A stretch of DNA of 59,947 nucleotides, the filler included, from Platydemus manokwari (Eukaryota): NCBI GenBank assembly GCA_037951405.1. It is 5 parts of 5 records of this genome, joined end to end, with 100 filler letters (N's around TTAATTAATTAA, not from the genome) between each part and the next. Parts side by side here need not be neighbours in the genome. Positions count along the whole stretch, not along the records: positions 50,835 to 59,947 come from JBBMOY011297872.1; 4 more parts are not named here. One strand, written 5' to 3'. The translations under genes were made by a program, and so were the position numbers. Below are positions 51,774-59,947 of the stretch, piece after piece (positions within the stretch are counted from its first letter, which is position 1; each line of letters opens with the position of its first letter). The notes below the pieces were generated by a model that saw nothing but the letters and a program-made list of their open reading frames with translations, was not told where the DNA came from and ran no database searches.

Positions 51774-53135
51774 ATGGGAATCGATAGAGCCTTCATGAGA
51801 AATCTGATACCAGCTAAAGCTTTTTCAGTTTGTGTTCTTTTAGTTATAACAGTAAACATGATATTTATCGGAGGTAAAAGAAGAAATTTCGGATTATTTG
51901 TATCGGCATTTTACAGATCCTTCAATGGAACGAGTATGTTTGAATTAAATATGATTGGAGATAGTTATTCATCATTGGCCTTCATACTGATGCCCTTTAT
52001 GACTTCAGCAATAGCATACTACGGTAGTGCCTATCAAATGTCAATGTTTCTGGCTGCAGTTTTTATATTTTGCAGTTCCATGCTTTCTTCCTTGGTTATG
52101 AGTCCGTGGTTATTATTTATTACCCACACATTTTTACATGGAATAGGTTCGGGTTTGGTACTTTCAACATGTGCTTTGGTTGTCACTGATTATTTCAACA
52201 AAAAACACCCATATCATGTATTAGCCACCAGCTTGGCATCGTCCGGTGCGTATGGAGTTCTCATTTTAACTCCTCTTTTTGCACATTTGATCCAAGCATA
52301 TGGTTGGCGTTCAGCTTTCCAAATTATTGGCTGTCTTTTCGTAGTAGTGATTGCTTTTGCTGTTGTTTTCTTTGTACCAGTCGAAGATTCGTATTCTGAA
52401 ATTGGTGATTCCAATCCAACTGATAAAACGACCTGGAAATTTTGTACTTTGCAACATATTAAAGAAAATAAGCAGACAATCATTTGGTTTATGGATAGAG
52501 CATTAAATGGTGCGATATTCTTTGCTCTTCTGATGAATTTGACTGAATACCGACGCGAAGCTGGAATTATTGATATGGAAATTGAAAGTGGATCGACAAT
52601 AAATATAATGTTAGGTATTGGTGAATGTATAGCTTTTACGATAACTATATTCATTGGAGATCAGCTGAGAGGTAGTTTGGTAATGATCCAATTATTCGGA
52701 GCATGTTTTAGTTTTCTGAGTACGATTTTAATGAGAGCAGTTACTCAAAACATATCTGCAACAAATGTAATAACTGTTTTGTTAGGTGCATCGGTTGGCC
52801 TGGGAAATTGTGTTTTGTATGCATCATCGGCAGAAGCTATGAATATCGATGGATCCATTTCTTTGCCGATGAGCAAATTAATGAGTGCCATCGGAGCTCT
52901 ATTTTCTCCAATATTTTCCGGAATGATTATAGATAAATATGGATTTGAAGGATTGTTTGTATCATTGATTTTATTGAGTTTTATAAGGGTTATTGGATTG
53001 GGATTTATAAATTTTATGCTTCATCAAAAGAAGCAATTATTGAAGAAACAAGAATCATACAATCGATTGGAAGATGCTGAAGAAACTACATCATTGAATG
53101 AAATGAATTATAAAGTCACCCATTCGACAATTTAA
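51774..53135 (+). CDS. MFS transporter, divergent monocarboxylate-transporter (SLC16)-like, intronless
   Basis: 453-aa ORF with about 12 hydrophobic segments: LHGIGSGL, DYFNKKH, YGWRSAFQIIG, SPIFSGMIIDKYG. Confidence 0.85.
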   Translation: MGIDRAFMRNLIPAKAFSVCVLLVITVNMIFIGGKRRNFGLFVSAFYRSFNGTSMFELNMIGDSYSSLAFILMPFMTSAIAYYGSAYQMSMFLAAVFIFCSSMLSSLVMSPWLLFITHTFLHGIGSGLVLSTCALVVTDYFNKKHPYHVLATSLASSGAYGVLILTPLFAHLIQAYGWRSAFQIIGCLFVVVIAFAVVFFVPVEDSYSEIGDSNPTDKTTWKFCTLQHIKENKQTIIWFMDRALNGAIFFALLMNLTEYRREAGIIDMEIESGSTINIMLGIGECIAFTITIFIGDQLRGSLVMIQLFGACFSFLSTILMRAVTQNISATNVITVLLGASVGLGNCVLYASSAEAMNIDGSISLPMSKLMSAIGALFSPIFSGMIIDKYGFEGLFVSLILLSFIRVIGLGFINFMLHQKKQLLKKQESYNRLEDAEETTSLNEMNYKVTHSTI

Positions 53136-53829
53136 AAACAAATCTTTAATTATATTGATATGCAACGATAATTTGATTTTTGTTCATGTTTTGATGAACT
53201 GGTTTATATAAGTGTTTACGTGTATTTATCAGAATAAAATTCCGAATAATAATGTATTATTATTATTATTAATATTAGTGAATAGATAAGGTTTCCTATT
53301 AAATTTGAAAATTTATTTTTAATTTGATGGCATTAATTTTGATTCTAAAATGTGATGTATTTTATTTAGTTTTATAAACAACAAAGATCAGTAACAAACC
53401 AGCTTATTAGATTTATTAATTTATAACTACTACCAACAAAATTGAATTATAATATTATGTAATTTATAAATGGAGTTTATTTGGTTTGCTATAATATGAT
53501 TTCATACAATTTTATAAAGTGAGTAATAGAAATGAATAAAATCACAAATTCAGTTCTCGGAGTCGATATGAAGACTGCAATATCAAGTAATCTCTCTTTG
53601 ATTTCAAATTTAATAGTTTGAAAATATTTTTAGTATTTTTTATGTATTTTAATCTTTTTAATTGAACATTTTAATCATCAATTAAAATTATTAACTTAAC
53701 ATTCATCTAATTTCATCAATCATCACTACCAGCGGTGTCATCTCAATGAAAATTTAAAAGCTTCATTACTAAGTTTTAATTAATGAGATTACAAAAATTC
53801 CCTTCCGAAAACGATTATTAAATATACAC

Positions 53830-54200
53830 TAGAAACCAACTCATGGTACATATCCGACAATTTGATGGAGGCAATTCCAGTGAATCAAGCCAGAGGATTC
53901 GTGATATTGAGGTATGGTAATTGATCAACAGCCTAAATGTAACTGGTGCTTTCGATTTACTGCTGGCAAGTGGGGTAGTAATTGTATGAAGAAATTTTAA
54001 AAAGGAAAAATAATTTTAAAAATCGATATGATGAATGGTTTTTTTATTCAACTGAAAGCAGTGCACATTACTTATTCGTCGAAACTTTTGAAGATTGAAT
54101 AAAGAATGGGATTTAATTAAACCTGATGAGTCTGTTAATTGTATTCGGAGATTTTTTTAATTGTTTCAAAGTATGCTTAATGTAAAACCACGCTAATATT
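53830..54200 (+). mobile_element. Gypsy gag relic related to the gag at 42.1-42.6 kb
   Basis: QFDGG...GAFDLLL...YDEWFF...KPDESV parallels FFD...FAFDMLL...EKWFL...RPDEKY of the larger element. Confidence 0.4.
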
Positions 54201-54418
54201 CCTTACAAACCTCTTCGGAAAGAACATTGATCAAAACCTAGAAACAAACCTTTGTAAATGGTGCACCGACCATAAAATCAACTTTAATCGAAATAATGTA
54301 TGGAACAAGATATCAACTATTACAATAATCATAAAATAATCATAGAAAAGAAAGAATAGTTGTAAAAATTATAAAAACTGATTTGATGAGATTTATATTA
54401 AAAAAATATTTTGTTTCT

Positions 54419-56098
54419 TTATTTCTTTTTTTGACTTTGACGAAAATCTTTTGATAAGTATGCTGAAAACATTATTAATCCACTTACAAAAATCAAACAA
54501 CCACTGGTGACAAAGGACCATTCAAAAGTATTTGTCAAATCATAAATAAGCCCAGATAAAGGCGAACATATAAGAAGACCGATTGCTTGGACAAAGCAAG
54601 TCAATCCAAGACCTCGACTGAAATGATTCAATCCTACAATCTTCAATAATACAACTGGTGTTAGGGTTGTGTATGATCCAATGAAAAGTCCAAATCCAAT
54701 TGTATACACCAACATCAGTGGATATATATAAGCTACAAAGCTGAAAAGTATGAAGCATCCACTTAATATCAATGATATACAATATAATAAGTAAGTATTT
54801 ATCCATTTCTTCGAACCCAAGTATCCAAAACATAATCGGCCTATTGTATTTCCAATTCCGATTGCAACTAATAAGAAAGCAGCATTTGATTCTTCAATAC
54901 CAGAATTCATTGCTCTTACTTTTGCAAATATGAAAGTCGTATCATGTCCGAGATTGGTGAGAAAATTTCCGCATATAAATATCAGAAAGGCCGGAATCTT
55001 TAAAAGTTCCAATAAACCCTCATTTTTCGATATATCATTTTGTTTTTCTGCCTTGATTTCTTCATTAAGTTGATGAGATTTGTTTGGTGAATATTGATTT
55101 TCTAAATTATCTTTAATACTCATTCCTGAAAGTGTAGAAACGGTTAATTTGGACAGAAATTTTTGACTCTCGCACAGTTTTTCATTCATTTCTCTCTCGT
55201 TAATATATTCTAGGGTTGATTGAATACTCTTATTATCTTCTTCGGTATCACTAATTGATTTCGATGCAATATTGGCCATTGATATGAATTGATTAATTTC
55301 TGATTGTGGTGATGATATTGTTTGAATTTCTTCATCTTTTAATGTGTTTTCTAAATGATCTGTAGTTTCTTTGTAATTTTTCTTGTTTCTTTTATTTTTA
55401 TTAGATATAGGTTTAAAAGAAAGAGCAAAGATTCCACAACCAAAAAACAGAAATCCATAAATTAACATTGAAAATCTCCATCCATACCAACGAATGAGTT
55501 TTTCACATAAAGGTGTAATTATAAATGCTGCAATACCAGTTCCACTGGTAAATATTCCGAGAACCATTGAGAGACGTTTATCAAAATATGTCGACAAAAC
55601 TACAGTTGTACACATCATCACTATTCCCATACCAGTACCAGTTAAAATAGAAGATAGAAATAGAAACCACAAAGGTGAATAGAAATATGGTGCAGCAAAA
55701 ACTATAGCAGCAAGAACTGATCCGATAATTGCTACTACACGATTACTGAGTTTAATGGTTAAAAGACTTGCTATTGGTGCAGATGCCAAATTCATGGCTG
55801 ACATCAATGAAGCCATCCAACTCATTGTACTTTGTGATGTCTTGTATTCCATAACTAAAGGATTCAAAAATAATCCAAAAGTCACAATTAATCCACCACA
55901 TACTATTCTCATTGCCAAAGAAGCCAACAATACAAACCAACCCCATCCACCATCAGGAATGTCTGAATTTCTTGAATTTCCTGATTTTTCTTCGAAATTG
56001 ATTTTGGTCGTTTCCACATCATTTTTAGAATGATCAGGAATAAAATGTACAATTTCGCTATCAGCGACTTCTTTAACTTCACAATCGACTGATTCCAT
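54419..56098 (-). CDS. Monocarboxylate transporter (SLC16 family MFS), intronless
   Basis: 559-aa ORF with the PDGGWGW signature, YFDKRLS, YGWRFS, a large central loop, NTIGRLCFGYLG and SGLIYDLT. Confidence 0.93.
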   Translation of the reverse strand: MESVDCEVKEVADSEIVHFIPDHSKNDVETTKINFEEKSGNSRNSDIPDGGWGWFVLLASLAMRIVCGGLIVTFGLFLNPLVMEYKTSQSTMSWMASLMSAMNLASAPIASLLTIKLSNRVVAIIGSVLAAIVFAAPYFYSPLWFLFLSSILTGTGMGIVMMCTTVVLSTYFDKRLSMVLGIFTSGTGIAAFIITPLCEKLIRWYGWRFSMLIYGFLFFGCGIFALSFKPISNKNKRNKKNYKETTDHLENTLKDEEIQTISSPQSEINQFISMANIASKSISDTEEDNKSIQSTLEYINEREMNEKLCESQKFLSKLTVSTLSGMSIKDNLENQYSPNKSHQLNEEIKAEKQNDISKNEGLLELLKIPAFLIFICGNFLTNLGHDTTFIFAKVRAMNSGIEESNAAFLLVAIGIGNTIGRLCFGYLGSKKWINTYLLYCISLILSGCFILFSFVAYIYPLMLVYTIGFGLFIGSYTTLTPVVLLKIVGLNHFSRGLGLTCFVQAIGLLICSPLSGLIYDLTNTFEWSFVTSGCLIFVSGLIMFSAYLSKDFRQSQKKK

Positions 56099-57979
56099 TT
56101 AATATTTATAATACAAAAAGAATTTACAAACAATTTTTATCAATCTTGTAATAACATTTGTTTCTTCCGTATTTTATTTATTTATGTAACAATAAGATAT
56201 TAATGAAATTTATCAAATGATTTTAATTAGTTAAATTTTGAGTTAAATTATTATATAATTAAATAAGTTTGATTGCAAAAAATTGATGTGGTCAAGAAAA
56301 GAAGTGCTTTAAGCGTAGTTTTATAATGAAATCACAATTAATGATTGTTATATTTTTATGAAAGTTTTAATTTTAGTGAATAAAATTATATGCATTAATT
56401 TTGTGAAGAAAATAATTCAAAATGACCTCGAGATTGACCTAATTATTTGGCTTTAATTTCATTTTGGCAGTAAATAAGTATAAATTCATTTCGCTATTAA
56501 ATTTACTTCATCCAATTTTAATATCATTTTCACTCGTATTTCCATGCTATTCAAATTTAAATTTCATCTCGTTCTATTTTAATACATCAGAGATAACCTT
56601 GCTAAGATAATCACGAAACTATATATATTATTTCCATGTTTACCACCATCAAACGATATTTTATCATTTTACCTCAACATAATATCATAAGTGATATCGT
56701 CTAGACGAGATCATAAATGATTTATTCGCAATATTATATTGAAACCTTTGTAATTCATTAAAAATAAGTTATTTAATGAAAATTTATCAAATGTAAAAGA
56801 GAATGAATATCTAAGTGATCTTGTAACAAAATTTATTTCAAACAATTATGAAAACATTATATCGTTTAATTAAAAAATATAATTAGAAAATGAATTTAAA
56901 TCATTTTAAGGATTTTTGAGTGAATTATTGATGAGAAAAACTATTTTAATATTTTATTAAAATACTTTGGTTAATTTGTGAATTTGATATTTGTTGATGT
57001 TGATAAATAAGTTCAAAATTTAGTTATTTTTCAACCTTAGCGGTGTTAAACTCTCATTTATATTCAAAACTACATTTGATTCCTTTTTATTGGATAAATA
57101 TTTTCCTATTCAAAATCTATGTTTCATTTATTTAGATTTTCTGATTAGTTAAAAATGTGAATTATTTTATAATCTATTGAGTCAAGTCATTAATATATTG
57201 AATATTTTACTGTTATGTCATTATAATGATTTAGAAGTGCAGCATATCGGATCGTTTTCGTTACAAATTTAATTTAATAATTTTATTTCTTATTAAACAT
57301 TTTCTTAAATAATATTTATTTTAAAAATAAAAATAATTTGTCAATCACCACGGACCAGATCATGATTAAATAGCGATGAACTTGAACTGTTTAAATCTAT
57401 ACTTATAAATGAACATTTTAAAGTTCATTGAATAAAGAAATGTGAAACCTTATCAAAATGTAATGACATCGGTAGAGTGCTCATGAATTTATGTGATCAA
57501 TGAATAATAAAATCTTCTAAAGTTATTACTCTAAATAAATAAAATATTTTACTGAATAAAAATATGAAAATCATTTTAAATTTATTATATATAAGCACTG
57601 AATTTTTTGCGAATTATCTATAACGGTGTTCTAAGACTGGAATAATCAACATAAATTAAAATTTATTTATTAAATCATGCAAATAAGACATTTTTATAAA
57701 TATCCAATGTCATGTATTTATGTAATGAACATGTGTTTTAGTAATTTTAAAATAGTGGCAGAAATTGACAATTTTACACTCGATTGGATTTTTACTGGAT
57801 CATTACGAACGATGAAATATTACGTTGTCTTTGTTATTGCTTTCAACTTTATCAGTATAATGTTTTTAAACTTTGTTTTTTTACAAATGAGCTCTTTTTA
57901 TCATTTTGCAGATATATTGTTGAGATTGTGTTTAAAGCGAATATCAAGAATAGATGTGATAATCCAAAATTAAATCTTA

Positions 57980-58900
57980 TCGAGTTCAAATGATGGGAAA
58001 TTTGAAAAATATGATTGGCATTTCAATGTGACTTTTGTATTTATGTTTTCTCTATGCAATGCCGATTGTTAAATGATTAAAGTAGAGAATCTAATAAAAT
58101 GTGCGATCACAATTTTTAGTGTCAGAATATTATTAACCCAATGATATATAATAATACTAAAGACATTTGAATGGTCATTTTTAATAACAATATAAAATGA
58201 TTAATGTTTATGTTTTTATCCTTGATGTTAACAATTATGAGATCTACTCTCACTTCCACGTTTGCGAATTTCAGCGCAATTGGGCAATAACTATTCTGAA
58301 CTAATTCAGTTGTCATTATTTCCATGTTTTGCTATATCTAAATAGGAAGAATGAGTTTGGTGGTCTGCATTTTGTGAAAACGTGCATTTTGTCTATGCCA
58401 CTACTTTGTGTAGGTAGTTTTTCGATACTCATAAGACCGCCTCCGATTACCACTTTTCTTCAAACAGAGCTGTTGAACTACTTCTGAGACACCAGCACCA
58501 ATATATTTTATTAGAATTCATAAAGCTCTACCGGAGGACTTTAAGGATCTCCCTGATTTGTAATCGACAGAGGCAGTCCTCACCATTTTCTTCAAAATAG
58601 ATGTTTTGATAGATCTACGATTACAAAGACAACTTATTTATTAAGTTTCGTTGAAGCATGTTTGATGATATCAGCGATATTGCCTATCATATATTTTGTT
58701 CCTACCTTAGATTGAAGTTTAAGCAGATAAGATCATCTTTTCAAGACACTGGTGGGTCAGTCATTTAGATGAAATGCTTGGGTGATAGAAAGCAAGTAAA
58801 CTTTATGCAGAATAAATTGAATATTTTTTGGAGATGTTACAAAGTTCAGAGCCACCATTTGATTTTGTTATAATTATGTACAGTTAGAAGAGCAGAATTT
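57980..58900 (-). mobile_element. Decayed RLE-type non-LTR retrotransposon relic
   Basis: GGGLMSIE (GGRGL.SIE-like, ~58420-58445), VRVDLIIVNIKDKNI (RPD-type endonuclease-like) and FPII near the end, in the expected order. Confidence 0.4.
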
Positions 58901-59947
58901 TGTATTCTTCTTCATAAACAGACATGAATATTATGTTGTTTTGATCTGAAAATCCAAATGTGGAAACTTTTAAAGAATAATTGTATTTTACTTTACGTAA
59001 AACTCCTAATATCTAATTTTCTAAACATTTTCATGATTAAAAAATATAATTTTACTTTGGTTCGTTGAACTAATGAGTACGTTCTAAAAATTTTATTGCG
59101 ATTTAGTTTAATCAAAACAAAATGTTACTTAAATAAAAAATATGAGTACGAATAGCATGAATACGAATAGTACGAATATAAGAATAAATAATGGGTTTCA
59201 ATTTTACATGATGTAATACTAAACAAGCAAAATCTAATAATATATATTTTTAAATAACTTATTTAATGATTGTTTACTTAGTGAATTTCATTGAAATTTA
59301 GAATTATCTATTTTAGTAGACTAATACTGCATGAAAATATTTTAATAAAAATATCTTTATGAATGATTAATAAAATAATAATGTATATAGTGATTATCTA
59401 TTCTGATAATGATTATATATAATGAGAGTTAATACTATTAAGTTTTTTTTACAATAATTCTTAGAAATATCTGTGCTATATACGTTAGGAACATCTTACG
59501 GGCTTATGCGTTCGAGTTATTCAGCATCCATATGTATCATCACAGTAAGCATCTCAATATATGTACAAAAACTTATCCCTTCAACTTTCTTTGCCTGTTG
59601 TAGGGAGTTGTGGTTTGAAGTAAAAAATTAATTTTGAAGTTCTGCTTCAAAAAATATCGAAAGACTATTGTTGTTAAATTAGTTGTTAAAATTTAAAAAC
59701 AGTGATTTAAGAATAAAATTTGAAAATTTTCTGTCCAATATGAAAAATATAGCTTTAATCAGACTTGAAAATCTACTTGCTATGTAATTATCTGATGAAG
59801 TCAAGATTTAAAGAAATTTTAAAATCTAAATTTAATAAATATTATTCCATTATATATTTTAAAAAATTATATTTATTGGGTCTATAACTTAAAAACCGGA
59901 ATTTTTTTAGAACAATTGAGTGTTTATTAAAGAAAATCTTGTACAAT

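Noticed and set aside
59143-59185. Short TACGAATAG-type repeats
   Set aside because: Three imperfect 9-mers in AT-rich DNA with no supporting context.
1-59947. tRNA, rRNA or snRNA genes; alternative genetic code
   Set aside because: No cloverleaf or rRNA/snRNA-like conserved stretch was recognised by eye. Host genes translate cleanly with the standard code, and in-frame stops are confined to TE relics.

Overview
This is AT-rich eukaryotic (metazoan) genomic DNA, not prokaryotic. It consists of five segments joined by artificial 100-nt linkers (44 N + TTAATTAATTAA + 44 N) and has one ordinary 132-N gap. Host genes have GT-AG introns, many only 42-55 nt long. That is compatible with a compact parasite genome such as the orthonectid Intoshia, but this is a guess and was not verified. 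Host genes: the 3' part of a GTP-dependent PEPCK; a highly divergent beta-tubulin lacking the acidic tail; three exons of a TRPC/TRP-gamma-like channel; a PAN/apple-like gene; a six-exon orphan coiled-coil gene head-to-head with a divergent filamin-repeat gene; and two convergent intronless SLC16/MCT-like MFS transporters. Much of the rest is decayed mobile DNA: RLE-type (NeSL/R2-like) non-LTR elements, a Ty3/Gypsy element with a tRNA-Arg PBS, an internal duplication and a candidate -1 frameshift signal, plus hAT, pogo, BEL/Pao, Penelope-like and Chapaev-like relics. The most interesting segment is 25.9-36.7 kb. It holds remnants of an endogenous Polinton/Maverick (adintovirus-like) element: protein-primed PolB N- and C-terminal pieces, a fibre-like gene and a conserved membrane-protein gene. 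A putative Ulp1 (SUMO-protease)-bearing element with a 14/15-bp minisatellite sits where the PolB N-terminal piece breaks off. All family assignments come from manual translation and motif recall; no database searches were run.
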